A stretch of 64,000 nt of DNA, taken from IMG/VR virus record IMGVR_UViG_3300045988_016718; one strand, given 5' to 3'. The stretch comes from a virus. Both the position numbers and the translations under genes were made by a program. Shown here piece after piece: positions 19,201 through 29,200 of the stretch; positions within the stretch are counted from its first letter, which is position 1; each line of letters begins with the position of its first letter. The notes below the pieces were generated by a model that saw only the letters and a program-made list of their open reading frames with translations, was not told where the DNA came from and did not search any database.

Positions 19201-22200
19201 TTATAATAAGGTACAGAAACTAATAGGTACTATTGCAAGTAGAATACCTCAAATACCTTCTGCTTCTATTACTAATGAACAAGAGCTGAATTACCTTGAT
19301 AAGGATACTGAATCTGTTACTTCTACAACAGAGAACAGATACTATAGACCTGCAATTAGTGAATATAATACTCAAAAGCTAGCTCAAGGTATATTTGAAC
19401 CACTTATTGTAAGTAATCCTAATTATCAAGGTATATATAACTTCTTACAGTCTAAAGGTGCATTTGATTATGTCAATAATGGAAATGTTCATGAAGGAGA
19501 TACTCTCACACTTAAGGCAGAAAGAGTAGGAGATTACGATGAAATAGTAATGTATAAGGGTAACCAAGTAGTTGGTACTTTACCTTCACTTGCTACTGCC
19601 AAGAGTAAGAACTATGTGGGACTTGCTAACTTGATTACTAGAGTTGGTAAAGGAGAACAGGCTACACTTACTGTTAATAAGGTAATGTTAGGCAGATTCA
19701 AGTATGATAGAAACCAGACTCAATCTGTTAAGGATGTAGTTAAAGGTAATGCTGTACTCGGTGTAATGAAGAATATGAACTTACAGACTAATGGTGATGT
19801 AAATGCCGAACCAGTATATGATGAAGTTCACTCTGATGGTAAGGTATATCTATTACTTAAGAACAGTAGAGGTACATACTCTCCTAAGCTAGTAAGAGTC
19901 AAGCATTTTAATGCTGAAGAATTTAATCTTGGACAATTAAGTACATCAGGCAATAAGTCTGCACAAAAGATTCATGCTGCAATAGATAAGTTGTCTAAGA
20001 TAAGTAATCCTGACCAAGCATTAACTGCACTTAATGAGTTAGGTAAAGTACTTCATCTTGATAATACTTTCCATATAAGTCTTGACAACATGGGTAATAA
20101 CAAAGTACTTACTGTTAGATGGCTTAAAGATGGAGAATATATTAGGAAGAATATACTTGTTGAAAGAGGTGGAAGTGGAGTAATGACTCTTGACCCTGTT
20201 CAAGGTATGCAATATGATGAAGCTGTACATTCAACTCCTGAAGAGATATATGATGGCATACTTAATGCTCTATATGAGTATAATCCACCATTTAATATAT
20301 CAGCAGGTAAAGTTAACACAGGTACTTATAATCAAGATATACTGAATGATGACTTACTTTACACACACTTGACTGACACTCAAATGACTGGTAGTTGGTT
20401 CACTACTAACTATTATGATGATGCAGGTACAGAACAGAAAGCAGTTAACCCAAAGGGTAGAAGCTTTAACCCTGCAAGTGGTAAAGAAGGTGTTAGTGTA
20501 ACAGTAGGTGGAAGTAGATTCTATGTAGAGAATGGTAACATCTATGATATTAATGAGAACCTAGTTACTCCTTCTAATGCTGGTCTTATCAGAGACTTGG
20601 CTTATGCTGAATCATTATATGGCACTAAGACTAATGGTGCTACTATGGATAGAAACAGAATAGTATTACCTGATGGCAGAGTGCTTAATAGGTCTACTCA
20701 ATCTTATTTATCTACTAGTGAAGCTGATGATGTCAAGAGAGCTATTGAAGGCAGACAGAGTAAGGTAGCTATCATTAACTCAACTCTTCAGAGATTACAG
20801 GAAGACCAGCAAAAGGTCAAGAGAAATCCTGATGGTACAGCTGATACTTCTTCAGGTTCTTATATGGTAATGGAAGAAGATGGACAATACCATGAATATA
20901 GTAGAGTTCATACTGTTATAGGTAGTAACTGGACAGGAGAATTTAGTGGAAACAATGCAGCTACAATGGGTAACCTTGTGGATGATATTGCAAGAAGATT
21001 CTTTGGTTCTAATGAGAAGATTGAGAAACCTTCAAACATGAGCCAGCCAGCATTTAATGCATTGATGAAAGCTCTTAAGCAAATGAGAGTTAATCTTGAA
21101 AATGCAGGTGAGAAACTACTTACTAACAGGATAGTTGTATTCCATAAGTATGAAGATGGTACCAGAGTTGCTGGTGAACTTGATGCTCTTAGTGTTAATG
21201 AACTGACAGGTGAATTTAATATATATGACTTCAAGACTAGCAGATACAGCTTCCATCCTTTTAAGGATAAGTCAGGTGCTGTTATAGATTACTTTAGCTC
21301 TGTTGGTAGTAGACAAACTAGAAGTACAAGAGACCAATATACACTACAGCTTAGTGCATATAAGAACCTGTTTGACAGTAGTTATGATGGTACTATTAAT
21401 TCCTTAGCACTTGTACCATTTGTATTGAACTATACAAAGGATGAATTACAAGGAGTTACAGCGGAGAAAGGAATTAAGTTAACTTATAATCCACTTGTAC
21501 CAGTTAAAGCTGCACAAGGGGTTAAGATACCTGAAACTCCACCTGTAGTAGATAAGTCTAATGAGTTATTACAACCAGAAGTTAAACAGGCTCCAGCTCC
21601 TAAGAATGGATTACCTAATGCAGTTGAAGGTTATGTGATACTTAATGGACAAGTCACTAAGGGCAACATCAGACCTCTTATAGAGGTTGAAGGATTACCT
21701 GTATATTACTATAGAGAACCTGTTGTGACTAAGGGACTTGGTCAAGAAGAAACTACATTATACAAACACTATGCAGTGTTTAATAATGGTAAAATGCTTC
21801 AAATTGTACCAGGTTTACATGGTGAAGATACTATGTCAGAAGAGAAAGCATACAACATGATTAAGGATGCTATAAGTAGGAATCCTGCAAGAGTTGTAAC
21901 AGAATCTCAAGATGTAACGGAACTTAGTGGTAAGCCTATTGTGGTCCAAAAGAAGAATAAGTTACTAGAAGCTATGAAGGATTTGCAAGATGTTAATCAG
22001 AATAATCCTGAATATACAGAGGGGGGTATACCCAAGGTGGCTGAATCTCCACAAGAGAATACAGTTAAACCTGAACCTTATGATTCATTATTCAATGACA
22101 GTCATAGGAAGTTTGATGACTTGGATATTGAGACTCAAGAACTGCTTGAATTAGCAGGTTGGAGTAGTGATTCATGGAATGATGCTTCTGTTGAAGAAAG

Positions 22201-22234
22201 AGATAAAGGTCTTGAACAATTAGGTTGTTTCTAA
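16277..22234 (+). CDS. Giant virion (cargo/ejection) protein with embedded PD-(D/E)XK (RecB/Cas4-like) nuclease domain
   Basis: The track start at 16202 overlaps the upstream gene. The ATG at 16277 lies 1 nt after the TAA at 16273-16275, giving 1985 aa. The N-terminus has Gly-rich hydrophobic segments. Near the C-terminus are 'YHEYSRVHTVIG', 'GNLVDDIARRFF', 'AGELDAL..(13 aa)..IYDFKTS' and 'QLSAYKNL', which are the D...(D/E)xK and QxxxY motifs. Confidence 0.6.
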   Translation: MAQDNFNYGTPLKGVNRRQGILDELKRNGYDVSFADPTPGYAARQQEMNISTPAVQEIGVAGLNDSMYDKDITSATQLDDLNNTRGELQPWYAQLGAGLGKGVVLAGTTFLDGTLGVVVGAANAIDKGEWSGFWDNDFAKGMKQVNDWSEQMMPNYRTNEEIQNDQNGEWYKNIWTANWWGDKFIKNLGFTAGAMATGNLVSGALKGAPAMVRSIVGSAVSAINEGKIEAYNNANEWYDFEKAKVDDAYQQRLQAIDQNYKGTEMYNALMQDAKQTYDQSLAKLNEDKAKVGNVDLALNIPILTASNWFMWGKLYSKGANTAIRDTKIAMKNGKYASTRMPVKAAAGFLSEGAEEMEQKIAATIPGLKYGSEVENFYMSKWDPEAAQQSLNWLQASAKGISDTVGDPASWEEFTIGAMTGAMGMPMFRSAKSSEGKWRSPVTIEGGIVGEFRDYQEGKARDNEMINYLNSRIEDPNFQNYYQGLVRHNYYQNQMDAAAAEGDVAGFKDAESSQFISDIVMFDNAGKLNDLTEMINQAYDTSDENLDNIIKNTTDENGNGPFSTNGNAMDREDMIQSLTEDRDDILRKIKDYRTTKDKIIRVGSPDLTSEQVSELTWLNMKHGDYVERFNEVADDIREALKMNFATLEKEGKTMDRTILDLNNQELLAVLADPKNESFVAMQSAVRKILNDSYNIDKVDIEQSVKDLKKLAEKAVEFSNRFTDLLTHPEKMQEATSAADEQVANRAQEEQLAQVRGQLTNAQSFSDIADIVGENNVGDELLSENTNPLAKDFKKAMSFGAEMGKLINESELSDADKEALNALLDKRFKEEKSLADLTSPELITEPEGELSEAAANLFQNMIAEAATNAQEKDAIPDATPTPSGREVGKETTGSDATTTIPTETKNPYNDLIGEVSQTIDKEYLDDLSLAPRIRTLETLVAKAASTKSEEDIRKASSELNNLIDDIGGLPEMSSEDTYNKVQKLIGTIASRIPQIPSASITNEQELNYLDKDTESVTSTTENRYYRPAISEYNTQKLAQGIFEPLIVSNPNYQGIYNFLQSKGAFDYVNNGNVHEGDTLTLKAERVGDYDEIVMYKGNQVVGTLPSLATAKSKNYVGLANLITRVGKGEQATLTVNKVMLGRFKYDRNQTQSVKDVVKGNAVLGVMKNMNLQTNGDVNAEPVYDEVHSDGKVYLLLKNSRGTYSPKLVRVKHFNAEEFNLGQLSTSGNKSAQKIHAAIDKLSKISNPDQALTALNELGKVLHLDNTFHISLDNMGNNKVLTVRWLKDGEYIRKNILVERGGSGVMTLDPVQGMQYDEAVHSTPEEIYDGILNALYEYNPPFNISAGKVNTGTYNQDILNDDLLYTHLTDTQMTGSWFTTNYYDDAGTEQKAVNPKGRSFNPASGKEGVSVTVGGSRFYVENGNIYDINENLVTPSNAGLIRDLAYAESLYGTKTNGATMDRNRIVLPDGRVLNRSTQSYLSTSEADDVKRAIEGRQSKVAIINSTLQRLQEDQQKVKRNPDGTADTSSGSYMVMEEDGQYHEYSRVHTVIGSNWTGEFSGNNAATMGNLVDDIARRFFGSNEKIEKPSNMSQPAFNALMKALKQMRVNLENAGEKLLTNRIVVFHKYEDGTRVAGELDALSVNELTGEFNIYDFKTSRYSFHPFKDKSGAVIDYFSSVGSRQTRSTRDQYTLQLSAYKNLFDSSYDGTINSLALVPFVLNYTKDELQGVTAEKGIKLTYNPLVPVKAAQGVKIPETPPVVDKSNELLQPEVKQAPAPKNGLPNAVEGYVILNGQVTKGNIRPLIEVEGLPVYYYREPVVTKGLGQEETTLYKHYAVFNNGKMLQIVPGLHGEDTMSEEKAYNMIKDAISRNPARVVTESQDVTELSGKPIVVQKKNKLLEAMKDLQDVNQNNPEYTEGGIPKVAESPQENTVKPEPYDSLFNDSHRKFDDLDIETQELLELAGWSSDSWNDASVEERDKGLEQLGCF

Positions 22235-22246
22235 GCAAGAAAAAAT

Positions 22247-22276
22247 AAAGGGAGATAGAATTAACTATCTCCCTTT
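22247..22276. terminator. Bidirectional rho-independent terminator at the convergence point
   Basis: Perfect 12-bp stem AAAGGGAGATAG / CTATCTCCCTTT with a 6-nt loop, an A-run upstream and a T-run downstream. It lies between the plus-strand stop (22234) and the minus-strand stop (22282). Confidence 0.8.
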
Positions 22277-22281
22277 TCTTT

Positions 22282-25200
22282 TTATCTAGCATCCATTTTA
22301 AACCACCTTGCTGGTTGGTCAGGGTCAAGTGCATTAAGTACTTGTTTCCTGAATGGAAGTAAATCAAATATGTATTTTTCAGCTTTGGTGTATCCCTTAT
22401 ATGGTCCAGTCTCAATGACTTCATTATAGCTTTCAGGATAGAACAACTTGATTACATTCCTTAATTTCTTCATTGTAGGAATAATAACAGTTGGGTCATC
22501 AAGTAGCTTAAGAGATTCATCAAGCATTGTAGGACTTGGAAGCATAACACCAATATCACTCTTTAGCCTTAGAGCTGAATATGCAGCCATTCTAAGTACC
22601 CAAGGTTTATCTTCATCATCACCACCTGCTTCTTCAAGCAGACCAAGTAACAATGTAAGACCAATATAGGTTCCTATCTCCATTAATCCCTTTCTGATAT
22701 TACCTTTCTCAAGAGGAGTAAGCCCCTTCCATTGACTGATAATATCAAACTCCGATTGCTTGATGTCCTTATACATTTGCTTCAAGAACCTGTAACCAGT
22801 TTGGTAATAACCCTCTGTATAGTCCTGTAAGTCAAAGTTATATTTACCTCTACCAAATCTATTTAACCATAATGGTCTCATCCAGTCTCTATACATCATA
22901 GCCATTCTACCAACTGCTAGTTGTTTTGCAGCTATTCTGTCCTCACTGTTATATATACCATACAGGTTATTTTCAATACCTCTTACTCTATTTGAGAAAG
23001 CAAGTATATCATCTTGAGTAAACTGACTTCCATCAGCCTTTGTTACACCTTTCTTAAGCTGTAATTTAGCACCCATGTTCTTGTTTTTCCCATCAATAGG
23101 AACTACTTCAAGTGCATTCCAAAGACTAATGTTATTACCATTTGCATCCTTCAATTTGAACCTGTCAGCAAGAGCAATAGCAATCCTGTTTTGTGTCCAA
23201 TGGTCACCGGCTTGAGTAGTGAAGAATATAGCATTTTCTCCTATTAATCTTGTTGCCCAAGTCTTTTTGTTCCAATTCACATTTCTGACACTTTGCTTGT
23301 AGTCCTGTTGAACATTAAACAATTCATCAAATAGTGCAATCTTGCTTGTCTTGATTCTATTACCAATCTCTGCAAGATATGCTGGAAGATGAGTACCATA
23401 TTCCTTATCAGCATAAGCTAATTCCAAGTGATTGAAGAACCTGCCTGATGCAGCTTCAATGTTACTTGTTGCAAAGTTCTGTAACATGTTGGCTGTACCT
23501 GTGAGTAAGCTAAGAGCTGTAGTACTGTAACTTGTCATCTTCATAAGCAAAGCCACTGCCTTATTGGTATCAATCTTACTCTCACCAATAGTGCCACTAT
23601 CCTTCATGTATCTACCATATACTTGCATCTCCATGAATGAATTAAGCTTATCCATGAAGAAAGAGTTACTGCCTTTCTTAGTTAATAGGTTCTTTACTTC
23701 AGCCCCTAATACTTTGAATCCTTCAACTCTTCTTCTATCACCTTCAAGGTCTGCTACTTTCCTTTCAGCAAGCACAAGTCTGCCTACTTCAAGTGTATCA
23801 AGTACTTCATTCATTCTATTGAAATCATTGACCATAGAAGCATAAGCTATCATAGATGATGTAGAGTCAAGAGACAAGTCTCTCATATCCTCAAGTTGTC
23901 TTGTATAATATATGGGTAACTTATTAACTGGATTACCCTCAAAGTCCATTAGTACAGACTTATCATCCTTATATTGTACATCAACATCATCTTCTCTTCT
24001 CACTAAGGTATCCTTCATAGTTTCCCAAAAGTATTTGGCTTTGTTACCACTTCCTAGCATCCTTTGTAAGAAGTCTCTCCTAATCTGTGGTGCCCTATTT
24101 ACTTTGGTATATTCCTGTGGCAGGATATTATCTAACTTAGCCTTGAGGTCCATAATGAACTTGTAATACTCCTTTTGTGCAGAATTAAGGCTTGCAAATG
24201 CCTTGCTCTTGTATTTAGTCATGCTAGGGACAATATTGTTATGTTCGTCCCTGCTACTGTTTTCTGCATACCATATAGCTATTTCCCTTGACCTTTCAAG
24301 TAAGTCCTCACCTTCAGGATTCTCTCCATACTTATTCTTAAGATAATCATTGAACTTTCTCTTTTCAGCCCTATATGTTGCCCAGTCCACAGGTTGTACA
24401 AAGTAACCTGTTGGTACACCATTGGCATCTCTTTCATACATCCAGTCAGTATTCTTGATACCAGCTTTCTCAAGTTTCATAGCAGCATATTCAATATCCT
24501 TTTGCATATTGATAGTATCCTGTCTAGCTTCAAACTTTTGCTTCTTGACTACTTGGTCATAGATTTGTAACATAGGGTCTGAACTGTCAGCCATACTGTC
24601 AAGCCATCTGTCAAAGAAAGTAATGTCTCTGTCCATTGAAGTAACAAGTTCTTCTGCTGTATAAGTCTTTTTGTACTTATCTCTAGCAATAGTGATACTT
24701 AATCCTTCACCAACAAATGGTTTAATAAAATCAGTAAATAATGTCTTACTTACATCATAGAAGTCAGCACTTAAATCCTGTATGATAACAGTATTCTGGT
24801 CAAGAAGATTCCTCAACTTATCCTTGAATCTATTATCACCTTCTGCTGATGCAGCATTCATATCCTTCCTGATTTCAAGTATGATACTACCATAAGATGA
24901 CATATAGTTTCTGATGTTCCTTAATGCAGACATCTTCTCATTGAGAGGTGCATCCATATCCACTACTGTACTTAATCTGCCTTGTAGCTTCTCAAGTACT
25001 CCAAGACTGGTTTGTATATACTTATAAATACCTTCCAGTGCTTGATTTTCTGCAATAGATTGATTCAACTCTTCAATATATGCTTGCTGGGATGCATTAA
25101 AGTCTTCCTTCTTACCATATATCTTCAACCTCTTAAGCTCTTGTTCTATGATTCTATTAAGTAGATTGACATCTCTGTCAACCTTAGAAGTAAGACTGTA

Positions 25201-26274
25201 GAACTGTCTGTTATATTGAGGACTGTTAATCCTTAGATTAAACTTGCCTGTAGTAATATCCTGTGCTATCTGATTAGCCTCATTCTGTGCCTGTTGTACA
25301 ATAACATCAATATCAGAACCATTGAATCTTGAGAAGAAATTTTTTAGAGAGGTTAGGAACCTCTGGAACAAACTGGGACTTGGAGAATAAATGTCATTGT
25401 TGACAAGGGCTTTAGCTACCATTTTACCTAGAGCTTCTTCAGCTAACATTCTCAAGTCTCCATTATACTTGGCTGAATAGTTATCATAGTCAGTACCAAG
25501 TATTCTCCTTAGTGCTTCTTCATTAGTTAATGAGTTGATTGCTCTTGTCTTTATAGGATTCTCTCCCATAGCTTCAATAGCAAAGTGAGCAAACTCTTCA
25601 GGAAGAGCAGCTTGTCCTTCTTCGCCCTTAGCAAGTCTGATTACTTGTCTAAGTCCTGTAGCAGCATCCATTGCTACACTTAAGTCCATAACACCATTAA
25701 CACCTAGTCTTTCTTCAAGACTAGTGAGTGCACCAATACCAATACCCCATGAATTAAGTAAGCCCTCAAGCTTCTTGTTCAGACTATAATTAACAGCAAG
25801 TCTTTGTGGCTCACTATTCCTCTTTTCCCTATTAGGTTTAACAATAATAGTAGCACCACTGTTCTTGCCATCATAAGCTTCCTCTACTGTGGCAAAGTAC
25901 TTGTCTCTAAATGGACTGTTGTTATTGAACCTTACAGCCTGTTCCTGCAATGCAGATACATGACCATAGTCTTTAGGTTGTAATACCACCTTACCATTTT
26001 GTGTATGTCCTATCTCCCTATTAAGCATAGAAAGAGTCTCACTCTCATCTTTCAGCTTGGATATACCAATCTTGTTAAGTAAGTCATCAAATAGTGGCTC
26101 ACCATATTTATCATGCCTTACACTAGGGAACTTCTTTTGGAAGTCCACACTCTTAGCTCTAGTGTACCAGAACATAGCATCTTTCCTGTTGCCAAAGAAA
26201 TTCTCTAATTGAGAGTAGAGAGGGGATACTATCCCCTCAACTACCTCTGGTCTTAATTTACATTTTTTTGCCAT
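22282..26274 (-). CDS. Large virion-packaged protein encoded next to the virion RNAP, function unassigned
   Basis: The track start (26322) overlaps the upstream gene. The ATG at 26274 ('MAKKCKLRPE') lies 7 nt after the RNAP stop, giving 1330 aa. A hydrophobic segment ('IGTYIGLTLLLGLL') lies near the C-terminus. No catalytic motif could be supported. Confidence 0.45.
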   Translation of the reverse strand: MAKKCKLRPEVVEGIVSPLYSQLENFFGNRKDAMFWYTRAKSVDFQKKFPSVRHDKYGEPLFDDLLNKIGISKLKDESETLSMLNREIGHTQNGKVVLQPKDYGHVSALQEQAVRFNNNSPFRDKYFATVEEAYDGKNSGATIIVKPNREKRNSEPQRLAVNYSLNKKLEGLLNSWGIGIGALTSLEERLGVNGVMDLSVAMDAATGLRQVIRLAKGEEGQAALPEEFAHFAIEAMGENPIKTRAINSLTNEEALRRILGTDYDNYSAKYNGDLRMLAEEALGKMVAKALVNNDIYSPSPSLFQRFLTSLKNFFSRFNGSDIDVIVQQAQNEANQIAQDITTGKFNLRINSPQYNRQFYSLTSKVDRDVNLLNRIIEQELKRLKIYGKKEDFNASQQAYIEELNQSIAENQALEGIYKYIQTSLGVLEKLQGRLSTVVDMDAPLNEKMSALRNIRNYMSSYGSIILEIRKDMNAASAEGDNRFKDKLRNLLDQNTVIIQDLSADFYDVSKTLFTDFIKPFVGEGLSITIARDKYKKTYTAEELVTSMDRDITFFDRWLDSMADSSDPMLQIYDQVVKKQKFEARQDTINMQKDIEYAAMKLEKAGIKNTDWMYERDANGVPTGYFVQPVDWATYRAEKRKFNDYLKNKYGENPEGEDLLERSREIAIWYAENSSRDEHNNIVPSMTKYKSKAFASLNSAQKEYYKFIMDLKAKLDNILPQEYTKVNRAPQIRRDFLQRMLGSGNKAKYFWETMKDTLVRREDDVDVQYKDDKSVLMDFEGNPVNKLPIYYTRQLEDMRDLSLDSTSSMIAYASMVNDFNRMNEVLDTLEVGRLVLAERKVADLEGDRRRVEGFKVLGAEVKNLLTKKGSNSFFMDKLNSFMEMQVYGRYMKDSGTIGESKIDTNKAVALLMKMTSYSTTALSLLTGTANMLQNFATSNIEAASGRFFNHLELAYADKEYGTHLPAYLAEIGNRIKTSKIALFDELFNVQQDYKQSVRNVNWNKKTWATRLIGENAIFFTTQAGDHWTQNRIAIALADRFKLKDANGNNISLWNALEVVPIDGKNKNMGAKLQLKKGVTKADGSQFTQDDILAFSNRVRGIENNLYGIYNSEDRIAAKQLAVGRMAMMYRDWMRPLWLNRFGRGKYNFDLQDYTEGYYQTGYRFLKQMYKDIKQSEFDIISQWKGLTPLEKGNIRKGLMEIGTYIGLTLLLGLLEEAGGDDEDKPWVLRMAAYSALRLKSDIGVMLPSPTMLDESLKLLDDPTVIIPTMKKLRNVIKLFYPESYNEVIETGPYKGYTKAEKYIFDLLPFRKQVLNALDPDQPARWFKMDAR

Positions 26275-26281
26275 AATATTA

Positions 26282-29200
26282 TTATAAACAGAAACTTTCA
26301 CCACTTGCAGGGTCAAAGTCATTAGGTGTTAAATTAGCAAGTTCATTTATCATATCTTCTGATACTTCATACCCAAGTACTCTAGCTACATCACTTATAG
26401 GATGTGGAACATCTCTAATATCTCTTGTATCTTCTACTGGAGTATAATCATCATATATATCATTGAATGAAGTACTTGGTTCAGCACTTGAAACAACACT
26501 TTCCATAGCACTTGCATCCATTCCATATTGATATTCAACATACTGGTTCTTTAAACCCAAAGGCTTAATCCTGCTGTACTCTGCTGTACCAGCATCAACA
26601 TTAATCAGTTGGAAATACATGTCCCTACCCTTAACATTGAAGTAAACATATTCATGATATGTGAACTCCTTGTCAGTACTTGGGTCAAATGGCTTAGCCA
26701 ACTGTTTATCATCAAATGATGAGTACTTATCAAGTTTGATATTGAATCCTTCTGTATCAACACCAACCTCAATTGAACTCTTACTTACATCAGGTACAAG
26801 ACTTCTGTTATCCATGTGATTCCTTACATATTGTCTCCAGAAGTTATTGACATCAATTGGATTGGTCATTACTTCTCTAAGACTTCTGATATAGTCTCTA
26901 CTGTTTAACTTAACCTGTGTACTTGTCAGATGCCCAAAACCTGAAGGACTGAATCCAAAACCTTTGAAATAATTATATGTGAACAAGTCTTTAGCCATTT
27001 GAGAGGTTTCCTCATTCATATATAACAATGTAGTCCAGTCTCTGATATATTGTTCCTTTTGCATAGGAGTTATCTTACCTACATTTGTGAACACTATAGA
27101 GGGAACAGGATTATATTTAGTCCTACCAATAACCTTAAGTCTATTGATGAATGACAATTTACTTAGTTCAGGATGAGCTTCTTTAAACTTAGCAAATTCC
27201 TGTGGGAATTGATTGATAAAGTAATCTCTTTTCTCTTGAGCTGTTCTTGTGTCATCTGCACCAAATTGACTGTATTGACTCATATAATAAGTCAGAATGT
27301 CATTGTAGATACTATTTCTGGTCTTTTCATCAAGTCTGCCAAACTTTGTTACATCCTTAAGCATTGCAATTGCCTTGTTGTAATTGTCATTATAGTAAGG
27401 TACATAAGGCTTAAACATATCCTCTGTTCCTTCAATACCATAAGTGAACATTGCTTGAAGAATAGGAGTAGGACTATTAATGATTGTATTTTCATCCATT
27501 CCAAATCCAATGAAGTCTATGCCAGTTAAAGGATAACCTTCTTGCTGTGACTTCTCAAGTAAATCATCCACTCTTTCAATCTTAACAACATTAGCTGCAA
27601 TAGATGGACCAGCTGCACCATTCTGTGTATCTGCTCTAGTTGCTTGAGTCAAGTCTCCTAGGGCAGTTGATAACTTGCTTAACTTGCTGAACATGTATCC
27701 AACCATAAGCTGATTACCAAAGAACTGTGCTTCTTCGATGTTTGATGAATTACCTGAAGGATTATTGGCTGCTGCAATGTTACTTGCAAGCTCACTATCT
27801 GTGAAGTTATGAGAATTAATCTTGTCCCTTGTGTTGATGTTTTCACCACCTGCAAGTTTCTTATATTTCTCAAGTACTTCATTGATAACATCAGTCATTC
27901 CTCTTCTAGTATTCTCAATCATTTCAGTTATCTCTCTGACAATAGGCTGACTGATAATCAAACCTGTAGTCATAGGAGAATGACCCATTCTTAACAGAGT
28001 AAATGCTATATCAGCAGTTACCATGTTGAAGTTCATATCACCTGCAATAGGGTCTTTAGCATTATCCACAAATGCAGCAAGGAAACCTGATACATTTCTG
28101 GTAATAAACTTACCCTCTGCATTCTTTATGTCATGGAATGAGTTATACTGGTGTCCATTGATTGTCAGTACATACTCTGGTGCTATACCCAATTGGGTAC
28201 TCTGCATTAGAGCATGTGAAGCATTATGGTTAGCAGCAATACCAATCAATGATGCTCCAGACATATTCCTTTGATGTAGATTAACCCATGTATCTGGTGT
28301 AAGAGGATTCAATACCTGCTTACTTTCTTTAACAATATTATCCAGTTCATCAAGGCTATAGTTAAGTAGTTTATCTACTCCACCATACTTGCTTTTAAGC
28401 TGGTCTAATGTGTTATTTTGTAAGATAGTAGCAAGTCTTGCTGTTCTCTTTTGTTCATCAAATCCACCTGGGTTAAGGAACTTACCAGCAGTATCACTGT
28501 TAGTAAGTACTGACCACATAAGGTCTATCATCTGACTGTCTCTCTGTGGCTTGTTGTTAGCCTTTGCATTGTTATAGATGTCCATCTTGGAGTCACCACC
28601 TACCTTATTATAATTGTACTTATAAGGTACAACTTTAGGTGTATCATGTCTATACATATCCTGATTCTCTTTGAACCATTCCTTATATACATCATTCTCC
28701 TCAATATCTTCTTCAAGACCAAGCATTTGGTTAATCAAGTCAGCAGTACCAGCATTAGCCTTTTCAAAGTCCTTTCTGGCTCTTGCTCTGTCAAAGTCCT
28801 CAAGATAGAAATCATGGAACATGACATACATCTTATCCACATCAAAGTCAGAACCTGCAATAGTTGTAATATCCTCTGGTAGAATAATTACTGAACCAAC
28901 TTGTCTTGGAAGGAATCCAATTACTCTTAATGGAGCCATTGAATACTTATCCTCTGTTGGAACCCTGTAACCTATTACTTCCCTTAGCTTCTCTGGTACA
29001 ATGAATTTACCACTCTCATCCTTCTTGTTTATGTCAAGTTCATGTGTATTAGGGTCTAACAGTAAGTCATACAGTTTCTCTGATGGACAAGGAAGATAAC
29101 ATTCCATATATTTCAATTTCTTGTTTTCACCCTCTCCCTCAAATACCATTTGAGGCTTCCTTGCTAAACCATAAGCACTTGCTTGAATAAGAGCACCACC

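Noticed and set aside
22282-26274. 'LPEEFAHFAIEAMG' as a zincin HExxH metallopeptidase site in the 1330-aa virion protein.
   Set aside because: The sequence is ExxxHxxxE, not HExxH or HxxEH, and no third ligand is recognisable.
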